Positions 11,978 to 24,510 of a DNA stretch of 64,000 bases are shown in pieces. Origin of the DNA: the human T2T-CHM13v2.0 reference genome, Homo sapiens. Within the stretch, counting starts at the first letter, position 1; each line of letters begins with the position of its first letter. Where the stretch lies: NCBI RefSeq assembly GCF_009914755.1, contig NC_060929.1; one strand, written 5' to 3'. Under the pieces are notes generated by a model. That model was not told where the DNA came from. It did no database searches and worked only from the letters and a program-made list of their open reading frames with translations. The position numbers were made by a program, and so were the translations under genes.

Positions 11978-13376
11978 TGTTTTGAAATTTGGCACCATTT
12001 GAAATTTTTAAAGGGCAAAGATCTTTACAATTCTCCTGATGGTGCTCTCTTGTGATACTCCCAATTTGGGTTCTTGGCTCTTCGCCAACCAGAAGAAAAA
12101 GCCCAGATCCACATAGAATTTACACTTAAGGTTTTACTGACTTAAAAACATCCTGCTGGTATTTGTTTTACTAGTTCTTAATAGGTATAAAATTGCTATG
12201 CTGAAGGCACATAACTAATGACAAGAATTCTCTTGAGTCGGTCTAGTGTGGTTTTAGAACTTAAAAAATTGTGTAGTTCATCAGTAATAGCTTATGAAGC
12301 TGAAGAATGTCTCTACATATTTTTCTGAGTCACCAGGCAATAAACAGGCAATTCTGTTAGCATCTTCTTCCCGGTGACAATGCATGGTTTTAAGAAGCGT
12401 TAAAACCATTTATTGTCTTTACTGCTCCTATGACAGTTTATAGCCTGGATATTTTGTTTGCTATCTAGGTGTTCTAAATAGAAGGTGTGACTACTTTGAT
12501 GTATTTTTGTAAGTGTTGCAATTCCTCCTTGTCAGGAGTAGTAAGGTCTCATGAGACCTAGACTTAATGGGAGGCGCAGCTGTCAGTGAGTTCCTTTGGC
12601 AGATGCTGCCTCCCAGTGGCTCTCTGTCAGGGAGCCTTCTGCCGGAGCTCATCTCCCATGCAGGTGGTCTACCGATGAGTCATTGCCCCTCTAACAGGCT
12701 CATATGGTGGTTCCCAGACCCAGGTCACCTGCCACTTAGAAACTGCCAAGTGGCCACCACCTTGTTCAGAGCCACGCTGCAGCCTCTTGGAAGCCCAAAT
12801 CTCTCCTTCAGGCCTTTTGCACCAGTGACAAGACAGGCATGAGGGGAAAATTAAGGAAAGAGGCTGAATGAGGACTTTAAGAATCAGAGTCATTTCTCTT
12901 ATACCCGGGGCAGGTGAGAGACTGGGCTCTTTGCTTTGATGTGTACCTGAGCCCTGGATAGTGTTGGGAGCCAGGCTTCATTAGCAAATTGGCACTTCAG
13001 AAATCAGTTTTACAGTTCTGTACCTGATAGTTTGAAAAACTTAACACTTGGACCTGAGTGTTAGTTAATGTTTTCCACAGGAGGCCCAGTTTCTCTTAAG
13101 ATGCTTGAAGCCCCCTTTGCAGAGCAAAAGGTAACATAGGCCTTCAATCACTGTTGACATAGAATTTCAAGATTACTGGGGCAGGAAAATACTCAGATAC
13201 AGCTAAACCATTATCAGCTGCAAAATATGTTGGCTATTTGGACCTTTGGCTCGGTGTGTTAAATGTGGCAAACCAAACTCAGTAACTGGAATTCTTCAAC
13301 ATGCACCAGAGAGGAGGATGTCTGGTAGTCATTTAAAGTTTTTTCTGGCATGATTTTAAAAGTTGTATGTGTGTAA

Positions 13377-13697
<321 letters not shown>

Positions 13698-14939
13698 TGT
13701 GTGTAAATATATTTCTATCGGGAGGCTCTGTATGCCAATTAGGCTAATGAAGAAACTTAAACCAAAAATGTATAGAGTAACAGGATCCGTGAACAGAAGG
13801 CTTCCTCCCCCCACTCCCCTGCTCATTTCTTAGGTTCTAGCGTGATTCTACAAATAATGGGCTTTGGTCCTTCCCGAGGAAACAAGATTAATTATTGAAT
13901 CCATATATTAAAAATCTAAGTTGCTTTGTTCTTAAAATTCCCTTTAGAATAAGAAACTGGTTTCGGGCTTTTTTTTTTTTTTAACCTGTTATCAAGGTGT
14001 TGAGCTTTTTGGATGAGGCGTAATCATATTCCTTTTTCTTTCTACTGCTTTTTAGTTTTGTCTTTTTAGTACTTCCCTGAAACTCTCTTTTCCTCTGACA
14101 GGATAGACTGTGGCCCAGGCACAAGTAGGTATGGCTTTCCTATCCTTCATGCATTGTGCTCTTTTAGGTTCTGAAAAGCACACTGATCCATGCTCATCTT
14201 CTCAGTTCCTTATATGTGTAGCCCCTCAGAGATGAAGTGGCTTTAGCTCCTCTGTGAGTCTTTAGTAGAGATGAGGAAGCCACAAACAATGACTTGATTA
14301 TACTACAATTAACAGCGTGAAAGATTTATTGAAATGCTAGAAAATTAGTATGAACTAGGAAATCTCACACTTCATGTCCTTGAGGTACTGGGGAGGAGGA
14401 GATAAGGTAGGGAAAGGTAAGAAGATGGTGGGTGGTACCATTTCACACAACACTGGAACCCATTTACAGAGTTGGACATAGGTAACTGGCTCTTCTGATG
14501 ATGTTTCAGTTTCTATTTTATACTTTTCTTTTTCCCTTTCTTCATGTTTCAATTTATGTTTTTTTAAGATTTTACCCTCTTATAGGAAACATGGGGAAAG
14601 GCTATGTGGCTTGACATACGCTACTGGGTTCCAAAGTATAAAAGGCCAGTGACATCTTATTTCATACAGTCAAACTGCAGTGCTAATGAGGTGCTAACTG
14701 CTCGTGTACTGGAATTGGTAAATTGCACTATACATGAATCCCCTGGACAACAGAGGCAGAGAGTAACAGGGTACAATACAGTAGGGAGTGGGGAGATGTA
14801 GATCAGAGAGAGAATGGGATCACTGAATTAAATGGAACAGAATTTAAAGAAAGCAAGTGACTTGCCTGGGTGGAGACAGCATCTTGCCATCTTTTACTGC
14901 TGTTTTAGGGTGTAAATGGAAGGACGTGAACTGGAGATC

Positions 14940-15055
14940 TGAGGCCCAGATTCTAGTCCCAAGTCAACTTCTAAGTAGCCTTCATTGCTGGGCCTTAGAT
15001 TCTTCATCTGTAAAGTGAGTGCATTGGATCCTATACTCTCAAGGTCCCTTTGAGT
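14940..15055 (+). mobile_element. MIR fragment
   Basis: ctgggccttagattcttcatctgtaaagtgag...ctcaaggtccctt. Confidence 0.65.
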
Positions 15056-15746
15056 TGAGTAGTAAATAATTTTAGCTACCATGGTGAGGGAGGGAAAGTC
15101 TTTGTAGAAAATGGGTTTTCTTCATTTTCTAGTCACTGCACCCTCCCTTGAACCCCTGTGCACACACACATGCTTTATTTGTTGCTCTGCAAGGAAGCCC
15201 ACCTTTGCCTCTATCAGAGCTGCTGGTAGGTGTCCTGTCACTCGAGCATACCCAGGCCATTCATCTCTTGCTTACAGCTCATTTTTGGTGGCCAATCAAA
15301 GCCACTGGGAATGTAGAAGTTTTTTTAACTTCCCAGTTGGAAACTGAAAATGATGCTGACTCTAAGTCAGTTCCACAGGAAAAAGAGTAGGTCAAGAAAT
15401 GCAACCAACCGGGAAGTTGAAAGATTTATAAAAATTAGTGTTTCTGATATATTAATGACTTTGGTGGCAGTAGCCTGCATTTGTCATTGTCATGTTCCAT
15501 TGTCATTCAAGTACTTAATCACCACACATTGTCAGGGCTAAATTTATTTTCTTGTGTCTGCCTAGCAAGATAATTTCTCTATTCTTTGACAGTATTGTCT
15601 CAGGCACCTGAATCAGACCTAAGCCTGAAGGGAGAGCAGAGGGTAAGTCCCCTCCTTGCATTTAACTCATTGCTGACTTGTGAAAGAGAGAATGATATTA
15701 TTGAAATGTCTGTTTCCTTCTTTGAGTAAGAATAGAGGGGGAATCA

Positions 15747-16085
15747 TGTCATGGTTTGTGTCCTCTCTAAAATTCGGGTGTTGCCAGTTTGATAGTATTT
15801 AGAAGTAGGGCCTTTAAGAGATGATTAGGCTATCCTAGGGCTGCTCCCTCATGAATGGGACTAAGACCCTCTTAAAAGAGGTTTCTTTTACACAGCAGCT
15901 TTTGGTGAGCTTGCCATTCATTCTCCTTCTGCCATGCAAGGATGCAACAAGAAGGCCCTCACCAGACTCACATGCCAGTACCTTGATCTTGAACTTCCAG
16001 CCTCCACAGCTGTGAGAAATAAATTTCTGTTCTTTATAAATTACCCAGTCTCCATTATTATGTTGTAGCGGCACAAACTAAGATA
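15747..16085 (+). mobile_element. ERVL-MaLR LTR (MST/MLT1A-like)
   Basis: tgtcatggtttgtgtcc...gggcctttaagagatgattagg...ccttgatcttgaacttccagcctcca...gtgagaaataaatttctgttctttataaattacccagtc. Confidence 0.88.
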
Positions 16086-16914
16086 AACTGTGACTGCTGT
16101 AAATTATTAATGCTGCACCCAATTCAGCTTTAAGAAGGATTTTGCATAAGGTTGTGCAGCTCCCAGCTTCCCAGTCTGTGTTAAGAAGAGGCATGTATTA
16201 AGTAACATACATGGACATTTATGTGTTTACATGTATGCATGCACACACTGCATTGCACCCTTGGTTTTTATTTAGTTCCAGTAATGTAGGATGGCCTGTA
16301 TTTTTGCCCTTAATTACTCTGAAGGACAGTTAACAATTATGTATGTCATTGACCTTTTATTAAAACTTCTGAAACAAGTTTATCTGTGCTCAGATCAAGG
16401 AAAAAGGGTTTAGATTGGTCTGATAAATTTGAATTATTCTTTTGTTAAATAATGAGAGCTGGGTAAACCCACTGTTTCTGTTTTGGTCTTGGTTGCCGGG
16501 AATCTCAAAGTATTTTATTTTGGTTTTGCTCCATTTTGCTAGCTTTTGGCTGCAGTGGCGTATACGTAAATAACAGTAAACAAAGGGGGGAATAATACAT
16601 CATGCACATACCTGTGGTTATGAGTGCTGTGGTGCCCCTGCCCTCTTAGGTGTATAAACTGATAATGAAGCATGTAATCTTTAAGGCCTTTTTCTACATT
16701 CAGATTCCATTCCAAACACCTTCATGTTACTTTTGCTGACTCTTCCACCTCTCTCTCCTTTGATACCACCTTAATGTTGTTCTTTTCTTAAAAGAGAGAT
16801 TACTTTTAATTTTTATTATTTGTGTACCTATCATTCCATTTGCTAGTTTATAAATTTCTTGAGGACTTTTTCCTTGTATCCTCAAAGCAAAGCCTTGTGC
16901 ATTTCTCATTCTAA

Positions 16915-17081
16915 TATGATTGCCAGATAAAATATGGGGTATCCAATTAAATTTTAATTCAGATAAGCAACTAATAATATTTTTAGTATCCAGTGCTATA
17001 TTAGCATACATATTCAAGTTTACTTGAATTTAAATGTAGGTATGCATCCTGTATTTTTATTTGCTAAATCTGGCCATCTTA
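16915..17081. mobile_element. MER53 palindromic hAT MITE
   Basis: ttgccagataaaat...attaaattttaattcagataagcaac ... cctgtatttttatttgctaaatctggc. Confidence 0.8.
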
Positions 17082-17206
17082 TCAATAAATACTGGAATGG
17101 TTATGTGCCTAGGCGTTATCAGACATATAGTCTCATAGGTACAGGCATGGTATGAATGGCAAGTGTTTAGAGGCATTACACATAGACATTCGTTCAATAT
17201 CCTTTT

Positions 17207-17208
<2 letters not shown>

Positions 17209-17246
<38 letters not shown>

Positions 17247-17249
17247 TGT
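17209..17249. repeat. (TG)n microsatellite with one interruption
   Basis: Directly visible. Confidence 0.95.
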
Positions 17250-19179
17250 TTTCCCCCTGTAGCTGCTTAGTCACATGGGAGTCAGACAGCTCTGATATAT
17301 GATATACTGTACTCTTTGATGTCTAAAAGTCTGTGTGCATATGCCCTGTTACAGTGCCTTCAATAGTCACAGTGCTCTTTGTGGATCAAATAATGGGAGA
17401 TTTAATGCATTTAATGAAATGGCTAGAAGAAAATGACCTGGCTTTCAAGCTTGAGAGATGGCCATTTGGAGGGTGATTGGAGCAACCAAAAGACTACCTT
17501 CCCCCAACTCAGCCCACTGATTTCCCCATAAGCATGGCTGAATTTGCTAAAAGGGAATGCTAAGTAGCTGGCAAAACTGTTACTATAAAACATGAGGCAT
17601 TGACCCTGGAGTTCAGGGCTACTTAATGTCAACTGAGCTTTCAGAAGTTGTCAGTGGCTAAATGATAGACCAGAAATGGAAAGGATGAATTCCAGCCCTA
17701 CACCTACCATTAATTTTCAAGCATTGCTGAGGCAGTCATGATGCTAATCTTGGCTTCAACTTTTCTCATCTTAAAAACAAGGGCATTGTTTTGTGAAGCA
17801 ATTGGCGGTTTGTTAGGATTTAATTCAGTGTGCAGGGTTGGATAACAATGGTTCTTAAAAATGGTTCTTTTGCTTTGAAACCAGGCAGAATGGGCATTAA
17901 CTTTCCTCATAAGGGAGGAGGGAGAGCAGGTTACACAGTTCCTAATTGAGATCTGTCACTTCAGAAGTAGGGACCTTTAACAAATGGCCATTTGGAGGCG
18001 CTGGGGGAGATGTACTCTGTAGTATTTTTGAGGAAATATTTTATGATTGTGCTCTAGGTTTCTTGCTTATTCATTGATCAATATTGACAAGCATTCCTTA
18101 AGACAAAAATATTACATTCTTCAGGTAGCATACATAGATATTGTTGAGAAAGAATTTGAAATCTACTGGAATAGACCTAGCAGGAACTAGAAAGTGTTCC
18201 AAAGAAATAGATGTGATTACATGATTATGAAATACACGATTATGTGAATTAGACTGTATGTAAGAGTTTCCTTGTAAAAATAGAGAACGTGTTAGGAAAT
18301 TTAGACTTGTCTGGAAGTTTCTGCATAGGTTGTGATATGGAGTTTATTTTGTCACCTCTATGGCAGCTTTTGTTCTTTTTGTTTCTCTTGTAAAACTACT
18401 GGTCCCCAACTCCTTAGCCTCTGTCATAACTGTTTAGATGTTGGATGGTTGTCAGAAATGTTTTGTGTCTCAGGGTTGCCAGTGACATTTGAGTGCATCC
18501 ATCAGAGCATCTTGGTGAGCAAAAGAGCGTCATTGAGTAGGATTCATAATTTCTCCAAGAAGTAAGATATCAAATATAAGTTGTCCTCTGGGGTATTGAG
18601 GTTAATTAGCTTACCTTGAAAATAGACATTATATTGTGAAGATGGTAGACTCTTTTTGAGATGGTTTTTAGAAGAGAAAATCAAAGCTATAAGAAGTGAC
18701 ACAGTCTTCTCCATATCAAGTTTAAGGCCTCTGAGTTTTCTTCATTACTGTTATCATTATAAAACAAACACTTGAGCCAAACTTAAATATTCTTCTAGGC
18801 AGTGTGTGACTAAATAATAATGAAAAATATGATCCTTGGGAGAAATATAAATGAGAGACAGATGGAAAGTCAATACACACAGACTTAAATCTGGTTCTGT
18901 AAAGACTAGTGTGTTTCACATGCAGGATATTGTGCTAGGTGTGACGTGGGGCTACAAAAACAGATGAGATGCAGAAGTTACAGTGTAGTAGAACATACTG
19001 CATACAGAAATAAATGGCACTCTGTACATGTGCACCCACACACAGCAGTGGGTGGTATGATGGGGGAAGGTAAGGGTAATAGCCTTCCTGGTTGGCACCA
19101 CTGGCACTGAATCCTGCTTGTGGATTCAATGCCAATGGTGCCAGAATCGGTAAAAGCATCCTGGAGGGGGACCTGAACT

Positions 19180-19720
19180 ATCACTGAGCACAAATTCTGT
19201 GTTCAGTTTTGTGCTGGGCACTTTAACATGTGTTACCTACTATCATCATCACTAGAGGTGAGGAAATCGAAGCTCAGAGAGGTCAAGGTATTTATCCGGG
19301 ACTCTCTAGCTAATAAATGGTGAAAGGAGGATGCAAACTGATGTCTGACTGCTTTTCCATTCTGTACTCCTGAGTCCACCTGTTGGATGGAACAAGAACC
19401 AGGTATGCTCCAAGTTCCCAGTGCTGGAAAGAATTTGATCTAATCCGAAGATGACACCAAGGAGGAGGACTGTTGCCAGGAGGAGCTGTTTAACAGTGAA
19501 AAGTAGAGTGGATAAAAAGTAATAATTTATTTTGGGCCTTTTGTCAGATGATAGGTTCTTTGTTTACATTCTAAATTCTCATCACCTCGTAAGATTGGTA
19601 TCATCGCCATTGTACAGCATGTTTATGGTAACTGAGGCTTAGAAGGTTAAGCCTGTCCAAGGTCACACGGTGGATACATGATAGTAGTCAGGGTTTGATT
19701 TTAGGATTTAAACCTCGTGT
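19180..19720 (-). mobile_element. Two MIR fragments (~19180-19370 and ~19530-19720)
   Basis: gaggtgaggaaatcgaagctcagagaggtcaag; aactgaggcttagaaggttaag...ccaaggtcacac. Confidence 0.7.
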
Positions 19721-22243
19721 CTGGGATCTTTGGTGATGGACTTGAAATCAACAGTTTGATTTTATGAGTTTAGAAATTAAGGGTCTTTCAAGGATCTGGA
19801 GGGGGCAGTGAACACATTTAGATGGAGTGAAATCTTAGAAAGGGTTGCACTGACTGGATTGAGAAGTCAGACTGTGATGGGGAAGAGGAAGAGATGACTC
19901 TTAATCATTTGATTATTATTTTAAAGAGGGCCAGCTACTGGTCCTTAGGGAGGTTTTAGAAAGGTGTAGATAAGGCAGCTGGGGAGAGGGAGGATGAGGA
20001 GGAAGACAGAGAGGGAGCTGACAAGTAGTTTAACAGCTGTTCCACATACCCACAAAATGACTCTGAGAAAAAATGGTTCTATTTATTTGCTGTTTCCTTC
20101 CATATATCTTGCCAGCAGCATTCATCAATATCTGTCATTTCCCAGGGGGGTTAGACATGTCTAGCAATTCATTCTACTGAATTATATTTCAGTATGCGAA
20201 TTGAGGGAGGCCAGTTTGCAGATGTTAACACTGACCTCTGCCTAGCATTGCTCAGACACCACCACCACCCACTTCTCTGGGTGCCGTCACGCAGGCATTC
20301 ATTCATTCTCAGCAACACTGCTTGATGTCAGAATCTTGTTACCATGTTCTCATTAGTGTAGACTCTATTTAATACTTCTTTAAAAATCAATTTTAAGTTG
20401 TCACATTAGTCTTTGGTCTCTGCAACTGGAGTTTGGGGCCAAACCATTATTTATTTTTTGATAAGAATTTTAAATCCAGAAAAATGCCACCTGACGGACA
20501 ACTGCCTTGGTGGTCTAGGTAAAACAGGGAGTTGGTGGCCAGGGCTGGGCCTCATTGCAGAATGGGAGAATTTGCTGGGTGTTGGTAAACCCAAAGGTAG
20601 TGATGTGCTTGTAATAATAGAAACATTACAGCTTACCAAGCTTTATTGCATGCATTAATTTGGTCCTAATATCTGCCCTTATTAGAATTTGACTGAGAGT
20701 GATAATCTTGGTACATAAGAAGAAATAGTTTTTTTATGAACAAGTTAAGGGAAAGTAAAAGAAAGGTCAAATATATTTCTCTTTAAGTCTGACTTTAATG
20801 TGTTTCCATTTAAAAATAAACTATGTGTTAGCATTTTTGCCCTTTTGTCATATGGCAAGAGTAACAGGGTGGCTATCTATGATTGAGGGTGAAAAGATGA
20901 CTTTATCTTTGAATCACCTTGCCATATTACCCATGCCAAAAATTATTCTTAACACTGCAGCTCTGGTTCACAGTGGCAGTGGCAGCTTGAGTTTCTGCTC
21001 CATAGCCTCATGGTTTGTTCAAAGACCTTGATTTCTGTATTGTAGACATGTATGTTCTGTTGTTTTTCACCCATCCCTAGTTCTCTCATAGCATGGAACT
21101 GGGCTTTTTAGTGACTCCTTAAAACATCTGTCAGGTACTTAGTCTGTCTGGGCCCACGTGAAAGAAAAACTTCTGATACCTGTCCCCCTTGCTAGGAGCT
21201 TCCTTTCACAGCAGTGCTCTGACTTGCTCACCAGGCAAATTTTATAGTTAGCAATGTTGTGTTGGCATTCTATGTTAAGTATGGAATGCTGGTGATAATA
21301 TTCTAAAAAGTGAAATTGGGCATCTCTGGTGGATTTAAGTCTTGTGGAAACATAGTTTAGCAAATAAATTTCAGTCTTACAGTCTTAAGACCTTGATGCC
21401 CTCTTGGCATCACCCTACTCCCAATACCAGCCTTGCAAAAGACTTACAGCTGCTCTTGGTCCAGCTTTCAGTTTCCTTGTCAGTTGGAGATCATTGGTCA
21501 GTAGTCAGTGATGTCTTTGAGCACTTAGAGTCACGACTCTGCTTTGGACTTCCCTTGTGTGAGTAAACACATAGCACTTTTTTTTTTTTTTTTTTTTTTA
21601 AGGCTAGAATAGCAGTTCAATATAGGAGTCAGTGAACTTCTGCACTTTCTGGTCACAGGTCTGTTGGTTTCTCAAATTGTATCCATTTATGCCATTAAGA
21701 AGAGTGATTTAGCAGCATTGTTGATGCTGTCTGGGTACGGTCATTCTTTTGCAGTGAGGACAAGAAATTGGAAGTCAGTCACCCATGTGAGTGGAAGATG
21801 AAAGAAACCATGTCTCTCTTGCGGGAGCACAGCTGAAGATGAATAAGGGAAGCTGTAATTGCCCATGAGGATGAGAGTCAGGACTATGAGGGAAGAAATG
21901 TTTAGGAGTGAGCAATGGGGCAGAGAAGAAGAATCACTTGATGGTGACGGAATTAGGGTGATGGCTGCTGAGTCATGAATTCTGCCCAGATTTAGACAGT
22001 GACTCTTTGCGGTCTTTGCCCCTTCTTCATTTCTTAAGTTTGACAGGTTCTTTAAAAACTCATTTCCCCTAACTTATAAATGATTGGGAGGGCTTATGTT
22101 ATGAAGTATAATTTGCAAAAGCAAGTGGTGTTATAGTTAATGTGGATACCTCCTTTTGGACAACAAAAAGGATCCTCTTATTTTTTTCTTCTATAAGGTA
22201 CAGTGGTATTGGCCAAGCAAGGGATTGGGGGGCAGGCAGGTTA

Positions 22244-23402
22244 AACATTGTGGTAAAAAATATACATACCAAAATTTACCATTTAACTATTTTTACATGT
22301 ATAATTTAACGGCATTAAGTACAACCATCAGCACTATCCATCTCCAGAACATTTTCATCATCCCAAACTGAAACTTTGTACCCATTAAACAGGAACTCCC
22401 CATTCCCCACTCCCCCCAGCCCCTGTAAACCACTGTTACACTTTCTATGAAAGAATGCATTTGACTATTCTGGGTACTTCACATAAATGGAATCATACTG
22501 TGTCCAGAATTGGTTCGTTCTGGTGGGTTCTTGGTCTCACTGACTTCAAGAATGAAGCTGCAGACCTTCGCGGTGAGTGTTACAGTTTTTAAAGATGGTG
22601 TGTCCGGAGTTTATTCCTTCAGATGTGTCCAGAGTTTCTTCCTTCCAGTGGGCTCGTGGTCTCGCTGACTTCAAGAATGAAGCTGCGGACCTTCGTGGCG
22701 AGTGTTACAGCTCTTAAAGGTCGTGCGGACCCAAAGAGTGAGCAGCAGCAAGATTTATTGTGAAGAGTGAAAGAACAAAGCTTCCACAGTGTGGAAAGGG
22801 ACCCAAGCAGGTTGCTGCTGCTGGCTCAGGTGGCCAGCTTTTATTCCCTTATTTGGCCCTGCCGATGTCCTGCTGATTGGTCCATTTTACAGAGTGCTGA
22901 TTTGTCCATTTTACAGAGTGCTGATTGGTTCATTTTTACAGAGTGCTGATTGGTGCGTTTACAGTCCTTTAGCTAGACCCAGAGTGCTGATTGATGCATT
23001 TTTACAGAGTGCGGATTGGCGCATTTACAATCCTTTAGCTAGACACAGAGCGCTGATTGGTGCGTTTACAATCCTCTAGCTAGACAGAAAAGTTCTCCAA
23101 GTCCCCACTCAGCCCAGGAAGGTCCAGCTGGCTTCACCTCTCAATACAATATCTCACCTTTTGTGACTGGTTTATTTCTTTCAGCATGTCTCCAAGGTTC
23201 CTCCATGTTGTAACACAAGTCAGAGGTACCTTCCTTTTTGAGGCTGAGTAATATTCCATTGCGCTCCATTCATCCCTCAATGAATACTTGAGTTGTTTCC
23301 TCCTTTTGGCTATTGTGACTAATGCTGCCATGAACATGGGAGTACAAATATCTATTTGAGCCCCTACTTTTACTTCCTTTGTGGATTTACCCAGAAGTGA
23401 GA
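22244..23402 (-). mobile_element. L1MB 3' end interrupted by an LTR12
   Basis: actatccatctccagaacattttcatcatcccaaactgaaac...ataaatggaatcatac [LTR] aatat...ttcctttttgaggctgagtaatattccattg. Confidence 0.85.
22499..23143 (-). mobile_element. Solo LTR12 (HERV9) with 4-bp TSD
   Basis: TG...CA termini; reverse complement starts TGAGAGGTGAAGCCAGCTGGACC. TSD ATAC at 22495-22498 and 23144-23147. Tandem cagagtgctgattgg repeats and duplicated ctgacttcaagaatgaagctgc units. Confidence 0.95.
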
Positions 23403-24137
23403 TTAAGCAAGGGAGATTTTACTAGACACAGGGAAGGTAAAATGGTGAGAATGTCCCTGCTCCCAGGTTAGTGGTGGGTGTAAACTTTCTGGGAGCTGCT
23501 CTGAGAGCTTCAGTAGAGATGTCTAGGCAAAGAGAGGCTATTAGCCAAAACCTATTAACCTATATACCTGTAAAGATATAGGACAAGAGAACAAGGTTTG
23601 GCAACAGAGCCTGTGCCCTGTCTGCCTGCTCATGGCACCAATTCAGTGCCAGCTTGCCATTGTTCTTTTTGTTTCTAGTCCCTTAACTTCTGCAGTGCTA
23701 CCCCTGTTCTTCCTGCCTTCCTTTTATGGCTGTCCTTAAAATCTCCCCAAAACCCTTGAGAGCGATATCTGGGCCACTTCAGCTTCCCCTTTTCCTGGTT
23801 GGTACCTTAGAGGGTTGTACACATTTTTTCAGAGTTCTCCTCTATGACTGAGAACCAGAAGTCACGTCAAGAGAGAGCTTTGTTGTATAGTTACTAGGTC
23901 TTATTTTCTCTTTGATATCCTGCTTATAGTCCAAGAAAAATCACCCAAAATTTAAGACTATGGATTGGCTACTAAATATATATTGCACTTCAGGTGATAC
24001 GGAACTTTTTTAATGGAAGCTTTCAAATCTAATCGGGTACCATTATTCCCCAGTGATAAAGTAGATCTCCAGAGGCTATTATTTAATTCTTTATATGGCC
24101 ATTCTGCTAAAATTATTGCAGACTTGGTATTTTTCTA

Positions 24138-24510
<373 letters not shown>

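Noticed and set aside
21578-21599. Isolated poly-T runs (also 32174-32197) as truncated retro-insertions
   Set aside because: No flanking TSD or adjacent element body; treated as simple mononucleotide repeats.
22860-23080. Tandem cagagtgctgattgg units as a CRISPR-like array
   Set aside because: These are the normal U3 tandem repeats of LTR12; there are no unique spacers or cas genes and the DNA is human.
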